Notes under the pieces: generated by a model
Told to the model about the DNA's origin: nothing
Databases searched by the model: none
The model's input: the letters and a program-made list of their open reading frames with translations, nothing else
Part shown: in pieces, positions 1 to 11,600 of the stretch
Numbering within the stretch: position 1 is the first letter of the stretch
How the letters are laid out: each line of letters opens with the position of its first letter
Program-made: the position numbers and the translations under genes
Source of the DNA: Solirubrobacterales bacterium
Lineage (GTDB): Bacteria > Actinomycetota > Thermoleophilia > Solirubrobacterales > Solirubrobacteraceae
Direction of reading: 5' to 3'
DNA length: 35,571 bases
NCBI GenBank assembly: GCA_038258125.1
Contig: JBBSQG010000001.1
Location: forward strand, 1-35,571

Positions 1-1137
1 CGCGTCCTCGCGCAGCAGGCGCGCGTCGTCGGGCACGCCGGTCAGCACGGCCGGCGCGAAGTACGCCCCCTCGCGGCCGGCGACGCTGAGCGGGCCCCCG
101 CAGTGCAGCGTCGCGCCGGCCGCGAGGGCCTCGTCGACATACGCCGCCAGGCGCTCCACGCGGTCGGCGGCCAGCAGCGGGCCGATCTCGGTCGTCGGGT
201 TGCCGGGATGGCCGACGTGCAGCGCGCGCGCCGACGCCACGACTCCGGTGAGGAAGCGCTCGAAGCGGTCCTCCATGACGTACGCGCGCGCCAGGCTCCC
301 GCCCGACTGGCCGGCGTTGGCGAACGCCCCCCAGACCGCGCCCGCCACCGCGCGCGGCACGTTGGCGTCGGCGAGCACGAGCATCGGGTCCTTGCCGCCG
401 ACCTCGATCGTCGCGCGCTTGAGCTCGCGCGCGCAGGCCTCGCCGACGTCGCGGCCGGCCTGCGAGGAGCCGGTGAAGCGCACGTGGGCGATGTCGTTGG
501 CCGAGACGAGCGCGCGGGCGGTCTGGGCATCGCCGTGCACGACCTGCAGCAGGCCCTCGGGCAGCCCGGCGCGCGCGAACGCCCGCGCGATCCGCTCGCC
601 GGCGAGGGCCGCCAACGGGGAGGGATGCAGGACGACGCCGTTGCCGGCCATGAGCGCGATCGCGACATCGCCGAGCGGGGTGGCGAACGGCTCGCTGCCG
701 GGTGTCAGCACGGCGACGATGCCGAGCGGCTCGAACGTCAGCCGCGCGCGCTTGGCGGGCTGCAGCGAGCGCGACAGGCCGACGCGCTCGGGCTCGAGCA
801 CGCGCGGCCCGTACTCCGAGAGCCACAGCAGGGTCTCGACGGCGGGCAGCAGCTCCATCGTCTGCGCCTCGGCGAGCGGGCGGCCCTGCTCGTCGACGAT
901 CAGGCGCACGAGCTCGTCCCACTCGTCGATCACCGCCTGCGCGGCGCGCGCCATGTAGCGCCCGCGGTCGCGTGCGCGCAGCTGCGCCCACAGCCGCTGG
1001 ACCTCGGCCGCCTCGGCGACGGCGCTGGCCACGTCGCCCGGGTCGGTCGCCACCACGCTGCCGAGGCGGCGGCCGTCGATCGGGCTGACGGAGTGGATCG
1101 TCGCCGTGGCAGACGCGGTGGCGTCGGGCGCGATCAC
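1..1137 (-). CDS. Aldehyde dehydrogenase superfamily protein; the C-terminal end runs off the window
   Basis: Not in the ORF track because there is no stop inside the window. My reverse translation from GTG at 1137 reads VIAPDATAS...SPIDGRRLG...FEPLGIVAVLTPGSEPF...FTGSSQAGRDVG...IEVGGKDPMLV...FANAGQSGGSLARAYV...GAYFAPAVLTGV. These are the standard ALDH blocks (ELGGK-like, NxGQxCxxxxR-like, G-x-F-x-P-T/A-V-L). The start overlaps the stop of the upstream small ORF as GTGA. Confidence 0.85.
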   Translation of the reverse strand, partial: MIAPDATASATATIHSVSPIDGRRLGSVVATDPGDVASAVAEAAEVQRLWAQLRARDRGRYMARAAQAVIDEWDELVRLIVDEQGRPLAEAQTMELLPAVETLLWLSEYGPRVLEPERVGLSRSLQPAKRARLTFEPLGIVAVLTPGSEPFATPLGDVAIALMAGNGVVLHPSPLAALAGERIARAFARAGLPEGLLQVVHGDAQTARALVSANDIAHVRFTGSSQAGRDVGEACARELKRATIEVGGKDPMLVLADANVPRAVAGAVWGAFANAGQSGGSLARAYVMEDRFERFLTGVVASARALHVGHPGNPTTEIGPLLAADRVERLAAYVDEALAAGATLHCGGPLSVAGREGAYFAPAVLTGVPDDARLLREDA

Positions 1138-1358
1138 GTCAGGTACATCACGACGTACACGAGCGCGACGATGACCGCGCATGTCGCCTGCACGCGCACT
1201 CCGCGGATGGTCGTGTGGTGCCCGCCCGTGTACCAGGGGTTGTTCGGCGAAGTGGGGATGCTCGGCGGGCGAGGATTGCGCCGGTTGGCGTGGGCCTGGC
1301 GATCCGCCACGCCCCGGACGTTCAGCGCCACCGGAAGCGAGACGATCGCGATGATCAC
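1134..1358 (-). CDS. Small hydrophobic (probable membrane) protein, translationally coupled to the ALDH gene
   Basis: Track ORF of 74 aa with very high GC3 and hydrophobic N- and C-terminal segments (IIAIVSLPVAL, CAVIVALVYVVMYL). Its TGA overlaps the ALDH GTG. The frame stays open and GC3-rich up to a TAA at 1395-1397, but contains no canonical start upstream of 1358, so the true start is uncertain. Confidence 0.4.
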   Translation of the reverse strand: MIIAIVSLPVALNVRGVADRQAHANRRNPRPPSIPTSPNNPWYTGGHHTTIRGVRVQATCAVIVALVYVVMYLT

Positions 1359-1417
1359 GGCGAAGATGACAAGCCAGCCGTCGATCGCCGAATATTAGTC
1401 CCCGATCGCGGTGCCGT

Positions 1418-2725
1418 TCACGCCCGCCCGCGCCCGCGCCGGATCTCTTCCAGGCGGGCGCGCAGCTCGGCCTCCATCTCGTCGGGCTCGTAGAAGCGCG
1501 TGCCGGCGACGGAATCGGGCGCGACCTCGGCGCCGGACAGGTGGCCGGGATGGTGGTGCGGGCTGTCGTAGTTCACGGCCTGCGACCGGATCGGCGGCGG
1601 CGGCGCGGCGGCACCGTGGGCGCGGACATGGTTCATCGCCTTGCCGATCGAGATCGTCGCCGCCTTGGACTTCGGCGCGAGCGCAAGGTAGATCGTCGCC
1701 TGGGAGAGCGCGTGGATCGCCTCGGGCATGCCGACGTGCTCGACCGCGGCGGCTGCCGCGGCGGCGATCACGAGCGCCTGCGGATCGGCGTTGCCGATGG
1801 CCTCGGAGGCGAGGATGACCATCCGGCGCACGAGAAAGCGGGCATCCTCGCCACCCTCGAGCATGACCGCGAGGTAGTACAGCGCGGCGTCGGGGTCCGA
1901 CGCGCGGGTGGCCTTGATCCAGGCCGAGATGTAGTCGTAGTGCTGGTCGCCGGCGCGGTCGAAGCGCAGTGCCTTGCGCTGCAGCGCCTGCTCGGCGCCG
2001 TCCTGCGTGACCGGCTCGCCTGCGGCCGCCGCGGTGGCACACGCGAGCTCGAGCGCCGCCAGCGCGGTGCGCGCGTCGCCTCCCGCTCGGGTGGCGAGGA
2101 AGTCGAGCACCTCGTCGGGCACCGCCGTCACGGCGCATTCGCTGCGCTCCAGTGCCCGGCGCAGGAGCGCCGCGATCTCGTCGGAGCTCAGCTCGTGCAG
2201 CTCGTAGACCTGCGTCCGGCTCAGCAGCGCCGAGTTGACCTCGAAGTACGGGTTCTCGGTCGTCGCCCCGATGAGCGTCACCAGGCCCTCCTCGACGGCC
2301 GGCAGCAGGGCGTCCTGCTGGGCCTTGTTGAAGCGGTGGATCTCGTCGAGGAAGAAGACCGTCGGCTCGCCGCTCGTCTTGCGCCGGTGGGCGGCGCGCT
2401 CGATCACGCCGCGCACCTCCGCGCGGCCGGCCTGGACGGCGCTGAGCTCCTCGAAGGCGGCGCTGGCCGAGCCCGCGACGATCCGTGCGAGCGTCGTCTT
2501 GCCGGTGCCGGGCGGGCCGTAGAGGATCATCGAGTGTGGCCGCCCGTCGGCGATTGCGCGGCGCAGCGTCGTCGGCATGCCCGTCGTGCCGAGGAGGTGC
2601 TGCTGGCCGACGAGCTCGTCGATCGTCCGCGGGCGCATCCGGACGGCGAGCGGCGCGCCGTCGGTGGCCGCGGGCGTCGCCGTGCGGGCTGGCTCGTCAC
2701 CGAAGTCAAACAGCTGATCGGACAT
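1418..2725 (-). CDS. rarA: Replication-associated recombination protein A (AAA+ ATPase RarA/MgsA)
   Basis: Motifs: [17 protein letters not shown], Walker [40 protein letters not shown], and the C-terminal MgsA helical domain ([24 protein letters not shown]). I place the start at ATG 2725 (MSDQLFDF...) rather than the track start at 2815. Confidence 0.9.
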   Translation of the reverse strand: MSDQLFDFGDEPARTATPAATDGAPLAVRMRPRTIDELVGQQHLLGTTGMPTTLRRAIADGRPHSMILYGPPGTGKTTLARIVAGSASAAFEELSAVQAGRAEVRGVIERAAHRRKTSGEPTVFFLDEIHRFNKAQQDALLPAVEEGLVTLIGATTENPYFEVNSALLSRTQVYELHELSSDEIAALLRRALERSECAVTAVPDEVLDFLATRAGGDARTALAALELACATAAAAGEPVTQDGAEQALQRKALRFDRAGDQHYDYISAWIKATRASDPDAALYYLAVMLEGGEDARFLVRRMVILASEAIGNADPQALVIAAAAAAAVEHVGMPEAIHALSQATIYLALAPKSKAATISIGKAMNHVRAHGAAAPPPPIRSQAVNYDSPHHHPGHLSGAEVAPDSVAGTRFYEPDEMEAELRARLEEIRRGRGRA

Positions 2726-2892
2726 CTCTCTGAGTATCACGCGCCCCGCGGGCGCCACGCCGGGGTCGTCGAGAACTCGTCCGTGGATGGGGCACAACGT
2801 CGGCGACGACTGCACGACAGCCGTGATCTCCCAACCCCTGACCGGCCCAAGCGCGACACGATGCCCCGCGCCGTGGCTATCGTCGCTCTGCC

Positions 2893-4287
2893 ATGAAGCA
2901 TCGACGGACGCTGGCCGGCTCGGCCCTCCTCATCCTGGCGGCGCTCGTCGTGAGCGCCTGCGCGAGCCAGGAGAAGGCGGCCAGCGGCGATCCCGTCCAC
3001 GGCAAGCGGCTGTTCGCCGCATCGGGCTGCGCCGGCTGCCATACGTTCAAGGCAGCCGATTCGACGGGCACCGTCGGCCCCGACCTCGACAACGCGGCGG
3101 CGAGCCCGGGCCGCGTCCTGCTGCAGCTGCGCAAGCCCGGCGGCGTCATGCCGAGCTTCGCCCAGAAGCTGTCTGAGGACGAGAAGGCCGACATCGCCGC
3201 GTTCGTCGGCGCCGGCGCGGCGTCGGGCAAGGCCGTGGCCAAGCCGTTCGTGCCCGACGACAAGCGCCTCGCCGACTGCAAGGACGCCAACGCCGAGTGT
3301 CTGGAGCAGTCCTTCGGCAACCTCGTCTTCAACGAAGGCCCCAAGCCGGCGCTGGCCAAGCTGCAGTCGATGATGACATCGAACCCCACCGTCGCCGCCG
3401 ACTGCCACCGCATCGCCCACCGCATGGGCTCGGCGGCCCTGACGCGCTTTGACGACAAGGTGCCCGAGGCGTTCATCGCCGGCAGCCCGGTGTGCGCGTC
3501 GGGCTACTACCACGGGATCATCGAGCGGGCCTTCCTCGGCCAGCCGACCGACCGCCTGGCGATCGTCGCGCGCCAGCTGTGCAGCGACCCGAAGATCGAC
3601 GCCCAGCGCTTCCTGGACTACCAGTGCATCCATGGCCTCGGCCATGGCCTGATGATCTACACCGGCTACGACCTGCCGGCCTCGCTGAAGACCTGCGACG
3701 GGCTGCGCACGGGCTTTGAGCGCATCTCGTGCAGCGGCGGCGTCTTCATGGAGAACTTCACGTCCTCATACGGCGTGACCTCCAAGTACCTGCGCAAGAG
3801 CGACCCGATCTACCCGTGCAACAAGGTCGCCGAGCGCCACAAGCTCTACTGCTACCTGCTCGTCACGGCGAATATCCTCAAGCTGAACAACTACGACCAG
3901 GCGAAGACCGCCGACACCTGCCGGCGCAGCGAGAAGGCCTGGATCCGCACGTGCTATGAGTCCTTCGGCCGCGATGTCTCGGGCATGGCGGGCAAGAGCG
4001 CGAGCAAGGCGCTGGCAAGCTGTCGCCTGGCCAAGCGCAACGAGAGCGACTGCCTGTACGGCGCGTCGCGCGAGATCGTCAACTCCGACGCCGAGGGGAC
4101 GCGGGGTGGGCGCTTTTGCGCGCGCGCTCCGGCCCGCCACCGGACCCGCTGCTATGAGGGTGTCGGCTCGGTGCTCGCCGCGCTGGCCCCGAGCGCAGCG
4201 AAGCTCCGGGCGACGTGCCGCACGGTCAGCGGCCGCCACGCGCAGAGCTGCCTGCGCGGCGCCGGCCTGGCCCCCGCGAAGGCGTAG
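2893..4287 (+). CDS. Lipoprotein with an N-terminal class I c-type cytochrome domain fused to a ~340-aa Cys-rich repeat domain of unknown function
   Basis: Signal peptide plus lipobox (LAALVVSAC, Cys codon 2959-2961). Heme motif CAGCH at 3028-3042, followed by GPDL and GVMPSF (distal Met). The C-terminal region has ~17 Cys in recurring C-(Y/H/I)-x-G-x-G-like units (CHRIAHRMG, CIHGLGHGL, CYESFGRDV, CLYGASREI, CYEGVGSVL). Confidence 0.8.
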   Translation: MKHRRTLAGSALLILAALVVSACASQEKAASGDPVHGKRLFAASGCAGCHTFKAADSTGTVGPDLDNAAASPGRVLLQLRKPGGVMPSFAQKLSEDEKADIAAFVGAGAASGKAVAKPFVPDDKRLADCKDANAECLEQSFGNLVFNEGPKPALAKLQSMMTSNPTVAADCHRIAHRMGSAALTRFDDKVPEAFIAGSPVCASGYYHGIIERAFLGQPTDRLAIVARQLCSDPKIDAQRFLDYQCIHGLGHGLMIYTGYDLPASLKTCDGLRTGFERISCSGGVFMENFTSSYGVTSKYLRKSDPIYPCNKVAERHKLYCYLLVTANILKLNNYDQAKTADTCRRSEKAWIRTCYESFGRDVSGMAGKSASKALASCRLAKRNESDCLYGASREIVNSDAEGTRGGRFCARAPARHRTRCYEGVGSVLAALAPSAAKLRATCRTVSGRHAQSCLRGAGLAPAKA

Positions 4288-4319
4288 CGCCGTCCGCCTC
4301 GCGCGTCGCGGCGACTAGC

Positions 4320-5642
4320 ATGACTGCCACCGTGTCCTCCGATCTCCAGCAGGAGACGACCGAGCTGCTGCAGCGCCTCATCCGCTGCAACACGGTCAAC
4401 CCGCCAGGCAACGAGCGCGTCCTGCAGGAGGGTCTTGCGGCCGATCTGCGCGCCGCCGGATTCGAGGTCGAGCTGCTTGGCTCCGAGCCCGAGCGCCCCA
4501 ACCTCGTGGCCCGCCTGCGCGGTCAGGCCGACGGCCCGGTGCTGTGCCTGCTGTCGCACGTCGACACCGTCCTCGCGACACCGGCCGACTGGACCCACGA
4601 CCCCTGGTCGGGGGATCTCGCGGACGGCTGCGGGTGGGGGCGCGGCGCGCTGGACATGAAGTCCCAGACCGCCGCCGAGGTCGCGGCAGCGCTGTCGCTG
4701 GCGCACTCGGGCTGGCGGCCGGCGTCAGGCGACCTGCTCGTGGTGGTCGTCGTCGACGAGGAGGTCGGCGGTGAGCTCGGCGCGATGTGGATCTGTCGCG
4801 AGCACCCCGACAAGGTGCGCTGCGACTACCTGCTCAACGAGGGCGGGGGATCGCACTTCGCGTTCGACGGCGAGCGCTACTACGGCGTCTGCGTCGCCGA
4901 GAAGGGCGTCTTTCGCTTCAAGCTCACGACCGACGGGATCGCCGGCCATGCCTCGATCCCGAGGATCGGCGACAACGCGCTGCTGAAGATGGCACCGCTG
5001 CTGGCGCGGATGGCCGACCGCCAGCCGGGCTTCGATCTCACCGAGGGACCGCGCGCGCTGCTGGCCGGACTCGGCCTGGATCCCAACGGCGGCGGGGCCG
5101 AGTCCGCCCTGGAGCGGCTGCGGGCCAAGGACGCCAGGCTGGCGCTGCTCGTCGAGCCGCTGCTCGGCGTGACGCTCGCGCCGACGCGGATCTGGGGCTC
5201 GGAGAAGATCAACGTCATCCCCGCCAGCGCCGAGCTGCGCGTCGACTGCCGCGTGCCGCCGGGCCTCGGTGAGGCCGAGGCGCTGGCGCGCATCCGCGAG
5301 GTGCTCGGCGAGGACGGCTACCGCCTGGAGTTCACCGAGCGCGTCGTCGGCAACGCCTCGCCGGTCAGCTCCCCGCTCATGGACGCGATCGAGCGCTGGA
5401 TCGGCGAGCACGATCCCGGCGCGCGCGTCCTGCCGACGATGCTGCCCGGCTTCACCGACTCGCGCACGTTCCGCGATGCCTTCCCCGACTGCGTGGCCTA
5501 CGGCTTCTTTCCCCACCGCAGCCAGAGCCTGTACGACACCGCCCCGCTGATTCACGCCGCCGACGAGCGCATCGCCGTCGACGACCTCGGCTTCGCGGCG
5601 ACCTTCTTCCGCGACGTCTGCAAGGAGCTGCTCGGTGGCTGA
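4320..5642 (+). CDS. M20-family metallopeptidase / deacylase (ArgE/DapE/CPG2-like)
   Basis: Motifs: [26 protein letters not shown], and a C-terminal dimerisation/catalytic half. I place the start at ATG 4320 ([17 protein letters not shown]); the track extension from 4215 overlaps the end of the previous CDS and is Arg/Pro-rich. Confidence 0.85.
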   Translation: MTATVSSDLQQETTELLQRLIRCNTVNPPGNERVLQEGLAADLRAAGFEVELLGSEPERPNLVARLRGQADGPVLCLLSHVDTVLATPADWTHDPWSGDLADGCGWGRGALDMKSQTAAEVAAALSLAHSGWRPASGDLLVVVVVDEEVGGELGAMWICREHPDKVRCDYLLNEGGGSHFAFDGERYYGVCVAEKGVFRFKLTTDGIAGHASIPRIGDNALLKMAPLLARMADRQPGFDLTEGPRALLAGLGLDPNGGGAESALERLRAKDARLALLVEPLLGVTLAPTRIWGSEKINVIPASAELRVDCRVPPGLGEAEALARIREVLGEDGYRLEFTERVVGNASPVSSPLMDAIERWIGEHDPGARVLPTMLPGFTDSRTFRDAFPDCVAYGFFPHRSQSLYDTAPLIHAADERIAVDDLGFAATFFRDVCKELLGG

Positions 5643-6471
5643 CCCGACAACGCCCGATCCGTCCGCCTCTGAGGAGCCCGCCAAGCTGCGCCTCGGCGGC
5701 ATGGCGCTGCGCAACGGCCTGCTCGTCCACGGACCGACGCACTGGGCCGCCGCGGTGCGCCGCCGTGACGGCACGATCGCCACCGCCTCCGGGCGCAAGC
5801 CGCGCGTGAAGGGCGTGGAGAACGTCGCCGGCGTGCGCGGCGTGGTGCGGATGGCCGAGGCGATGATCGTCATCCCGCTCGTCAAGCGCGCGCTGCCCGA
5901 GGCGCGGCTGCCGTTTCAGGACGCGAAGGTCCTCGGTGCGATGTTCGGCGCGGCCGTCGGCGGGCGACTGCTGCGCGCCGGTATGAAGCGCGGCCCGGGC
6001 GCCGAGGCGGCGGGCGCCGTCGTGTCGCTGCTGCCGAGCTTCGTCGCGCTGCGCGGCGGTGAGCTGGCGGAGTACCACGGCGTCGAGCACAAGGCGATCG
6101 CCGCCTACGAGACCGATTCCGGCAACGCCGCCGACGCCGCCAAGGAGCACGACCGCTGCGGCTCGCACCTCGTCGCGCCGCTGCTGGCCGCCAACCTCGC
6201 GGGCGGCGCGCTGCTGCGCCGTGCCCTCGACCGGCCCGGGCCCGCCGCGCAGTTCGCCGTCGGCGTCGTCTCGCTCGGGGTCGCCGTCGAGGTCTTCGTC
6301 TGGTCTGAGCGTCACGCCGAGAGCGCCGCGACGCGGGTCCTGCGCAAGCCCGGCTACGAGCTGCAGCGGCTGCTCGGCACGCGCGAGCCGAGCGAGCCGC
6401 AGCTGGAGGTCGGGCGCGCGGCGCTGGCGGAGATCCTGCGCGTCGAGCCCGCTCCGGCACCTGCGCCGTAG
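5635..6471 (+). CDS. DUF1385-family protein (YqhQ-like membrane-associated protein)
   Basis: Motifs LRLGGMALRNGLLVHGP, EYHGVEHKAIAAYE and HDRCGSHL match the DUF1385 pattern as I recall it. The GTG start overlaps the stop of the M20 gene by 8 nt. Confidence 0.75.
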   Translation: MADPTTPDPSASEEPAKLRLGGMALRNGLLVHGPTHWAAAVRRRDGTIATASGRKPRVKGVENVAGVRGVVRMAEAMIVIPLVKRALPEARLPFQDAKVLGAMFGAAVGGRLLRAGMKRGPGAEAAGAVVSLLPSFVALRGGELAEYHGVEHKAIAAYETDSGNAADAAKEHDRCGSHLVAPLLAANLAGGALLRRALDRPGPAAQFAVGVVSLGVAVEVFVWSERHAESAATRVLRKPGYELQRLLGTREPSEPQLEVGRAALAEILRVEPAPAPAP

Positions 6472-6541
6472 CAGCCGCTGCCCGACGGCTGGACGCGAAG
6501 CGGACTGAAGCTCCGCGCGGCCCCTGCCGATAGCAGACGCG

Positions 6542-8119
<1,578 letters not shown>

Positions 8120-8131
8120 CGCCGGCCGGTC

Positions 8132-8602
8132 TCAGGGCCGCTGCGGCTGCAGGTCGGTGCCCACGCAGCCGGGTCCCGCGAAGCTGCCGGTCGCGCTCCT
8201 GTACCAGCGGTGGTTGACCGCGGTCAGCACGCGCCAGTAGTGACGAGCCTCGCCCTTGACCCGCCGCCAGGTGACGTGGTTGCGCGTCCGGCCGAGCCGG
8301 CTGCTGCTGTCGAACCGGCGCGTTGCGAAGCCGTCTTTGAGCACCGTCACGTCGACGCGCTGACGGCCGGCCCGCGACGGCCTCCAGCGCAGGCTGGCGA
8401 CCGCCTTGGGCGGCATTCCCGCGCAGCGGCTGCTGGCCTTCAGGTGGGAGGCGGCCTTGCGCGGCGTCGCCGTGCCGCCGACGCTGGCGACCGCCAGCGC
8501 GGTCGCCGCGAGCACCAGCAAGGCGCCGGCCAGCCAGCGCAGACCTCGGCGCCCGATCAGCGGCCGGCGCCGAGGTTGCATCTGTTCGGGCGGCATGAGC
8601 AT
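8132..8602 (-). CDS. Small secreted or membrane-anchored hypothetical protein, directly downstream of the BNR/PKD gene
   Basis: High GC3. I chose the start at ATG 8602 (MLMPPEQ...), which gives a basic n-region plus hydrophobic helix (LRWLAGALLVLAATALAVASVGG). There are two Cys, one near each end of the mature part. The track start at 8785 would overlap the upstream CDS. No family recognised. Confidence 0.55.
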   Translation of the reverse strand: MLMPPEQMQPRRRPLIGRRGLRWLAGALLVLAATALAVASVGGTATPRKAASHLKASSRCAGMPPKAVASLRWRPSRAGRQRVDVTVLKDGFATRRFDSSSRLGRTRNHVTWRRVKGEARHYWRVLTAVNHRWYRSATGSFAGPGCVGTDLQPQRP

Positions 8603-8627
8603 GAGCCTAGCTCGCCGCAGTCGCTTG

Positions 8628-11600
8628 TCAGCTGTCGAGGGTTTGCAGGATCTTGCGCTGCGCGTCGATCTGCGCGGTCGTGGCGGCCGGGTTGAGGCGG
8701 ACCGTTTCGGCGGCTTGCATCGCGAGGCGGAACGTCGTGTCGGGTTGGCCGTCGCCGTTGGTGTCGCGTGGCTCGTTCCAGTCAAACGCGCCGTTGGCGA
8801 AGTTCAGCCAGCAGGTCAGCGCGACGCGATCGAAGCGATCGCGGGCGCTGCTGGTGCCGTTGCGCAGGATGTCATAGGCCTTGGCGAAGGTCGAGGCGTC
8901 GCGCACCTCGTCAAACACGCGGCTGAGCAGCCCAACCATCTTCAGGTAGCAGCCCAGTGTGACGGGGTCGATCTCGTCACCGCTGGCATAGCGGTACTCA
9001 TGCACCCAGTACCCGGCCGACTTGTCGTGCGTCCCGACCGGTCCGCGGATCAGCACCAGGACGCTGGCCGATGCGCTGCCGCCGTCGTCGTCGAGTGCTG
9101 AGAACCCGACGGTGTAGGTGCAGGCCTGCCCGAAGCCGTGCGACTTGTTGTCGGTGACGTCACGCGGATTGATCTGCGGGGACGGGTCGGGGTCGGGGTT
9201 GATCGCGGGGTTGTTGAGATACAGCGTCGAGACGTCGATCGTCGGCGGCCCGTCGTCCCAGTTCCAGCGCAGCGTCAGGTCGTCGCTGCCGGGGTCCGTC
9301 GAGCGGCCCGAGAACGCGACCGGCGTGTTGATGCGCCCGAAGATGACCGGTGTGCCGTTGACGTCGGTCGCCCCGCTGGTGTTGATCGTCGCGGTCGGGT
9401 TGACGTTCGTGATCGTGACCACCGCGGAGTCGCAGATGGGGCCCACGTCGTCGTCAGAGACGCACACCGTGACCGTGAACGCGCCGTCGTCGCCGTAGAC
9501 GTGGTCGACGGAGTAGGTGATCGTGCCGTTGGGTCGCATGTGCTCCTCGGTGCCCGTCAGCGCGACCGTGCCGGCGCCGTCACCCCAGTCGATCGTCGCC
9601 GTCAGCGGATCCAGCCAGCCGGCATCACTGACCACCCCGCTGACCGTGACCGCCGTGTTCTCCGGCTTCGGCGAGCTCGTCGTGATCGTGCCGACCACCG
9701 GCGCGACGTTGGCCACCGTGACCGTCGTCGATGCCGTCGCGTAGGCACCGTCGCTGTCGGTCACCTTGACCGAGACGGGGAACACGCCGTCTCGTCCGAC
9801 GAGGTCGAACGTCGGGTTGACACCGGTCGCGTCGTCGTACTGCCCGTCGTTGTCGAAGTCCCAGGCATACGTCAGGCCGGTGCCCGTCGACGCGCTGGCG
9901 TCAAGCTGCACGTCGGCGCCCTCGACGGTGTTGTACGGGCCGCCGGCCGAGGCGGTCGGTGCCGTGAACATCAGACGCCACACGCCACGCCCCTGGGTGC
10001 CGATGTAGACCGTGGTCGAGCCGGCTGGTTCGTCGTCGAAGTAGGCGTAGCGCGGTCGCGGGAGATGCGCGACGCCGCTCGTGCCCGGCGTGAACGGATC
10101 GGTCACGAGGCTCCAGTTGGCGCCCCCGTCGAGGCTCAGGAACACGCCCGAGTCGACGCCGCCCGCGACGAGCGTGTTGCCGTTGACCTGGCTGTAGGAG
10201 AGCAGCACCGGCTGCGGGTAGCCCTGGAACTGCGCGCCCGCGCCGCCCTTGTTCGTCGAGGGGCCGGACGCGTTCTCGTACTTGAACGTCCCGTTGCCGG
10301 TCATCAGCGTGTCGAGCTCGGTGTCCTGCGTCCAGGTCGTGCCGCCGTCGGTGCTGAACATCATCCGGATCGTGGCGCCGGCGGTGTCCGAGACGTACAG
10401 GCGATCGTCGTCGTTGGGGTCGACGGCGAAGATGCCGATCCCGCTCGACAGCGTGCCGTTGTCGTCGAGCCGATCCCACGCGCCGCCACCGCCGGTGCCC
10501 TCGTAGCGGTAGAGCCGATCGTCGCCGCGGCCGGTGCACTGGCCGGTCTGCACGAAGAACACCGGCGTCGCACCCTGCAGCGACGTCTCGACGTTGCAGG
10601 CCGCGCTGGCGTTGGGAGGCGCGGGCAGCGCCGACCAGACGATCGGGCTGGCCTGGATGTCGTCGGTCAGGTAGAGCGTGTCGCTCATCAGCAGCGCGAC
10701 GTTGTTGTCCTCGGTCCCGTAGCCGGCGAGGCGGTGGCCCCAGGTGAAGCCCGAGATCGTTCCGCCGCCCGGATAGTTCGGGATCTCGGCGTTTCCGGCG
10801 TAGGCCGCCCCGGCCCGCTCGAGGCGGTTGAAGCGGCCCGTGCTGTAGCAGCAGACCGTGCCGAGCGTCACGGTCGGCGTCGCGAGCACGTCGAAGGTGT
10901 CACAGCAGTTCGGGTTCAGCCAGGTCGGCGGGTTGGCGCCCGCGTTGCTCGTGACGAACGTCCCGTTGTCCTGGTTGCCGAAGAGCAGGTCCTCGCCGGC
11001 CAGGGTGGCACGGTTGGCGCCGGCCATCGTCCACAGCCAGAGGCCGTGGTAGTTGACGTTCGAGCGCGTCCAAGTCGGGTTCTGGCAGCCGGGGCTGGCG
11101 CCGATGGTGTTCGTGTGGACGCCACCGTCGGAGGAGTACAGCACCGGGCAGGCGTCAATGCCGTCGGCGTCCTGGCTGTCGAACAGCAGGTCGCCGCCGT
11201 CGAAGTGCGCGCCGTTCTGGCGATTGGTCCAGGAGGCCGATGTCGGGCAGCGTCGCGTAGTCGTGTTCGTCAGATCCGTCGGCGTCGTGCAGTCGGCGCT
11301 GAACAGCTGGGTGTCCCCGGCCCACAGATCGAACTTGTTCGTCGGCCCGGGGGTGTCGGCGCGCTGGTTGGTCACGACGAACGGGATCCGTCCCTGCGGC
11401 TGCGGGTTGCCGAGGTTGAACCAAGCGCCGCCCGCGTTGTCGGACTCGTAGACGTTGTTGTCGGCGGCGTAGATGAACAAGACGTCGCTCTCGTCGGGCG
11501 ACGCCGCGATCGAGCAGCGGCCGGTCGGGATCGAGCCGCCGGTCGACCAGCTGGTCCCGCCGTTGGTGCTGAAGACATGGCCGTCGTTTCCGCAGGCGTC

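Noticed and set aside
103-1398. Long + strand ORF (431 aa) and other ORFs overlapping the first 1.4 kb
   Set aside because: It is antisense to a minus-strand frame that translates into unmistakable ALDH motifs. The product is Arg/Ala/Gly-rich with no motifs, as expected for shadow ORFs in very GC-rich DNA.
2741-2755. GC-only palindromes such as GCGCCC-CGC-GGGCGC in the rarA / cytochrome c divergent region, and similar short GC stems after fumC (29423-29437), near 13333-13348 and 13429-13445, and at 31483-31503
   Set aside because: Short G/C-only inverted repeats are expected by chance at this base composition. None has a U-tract or other supporting context.
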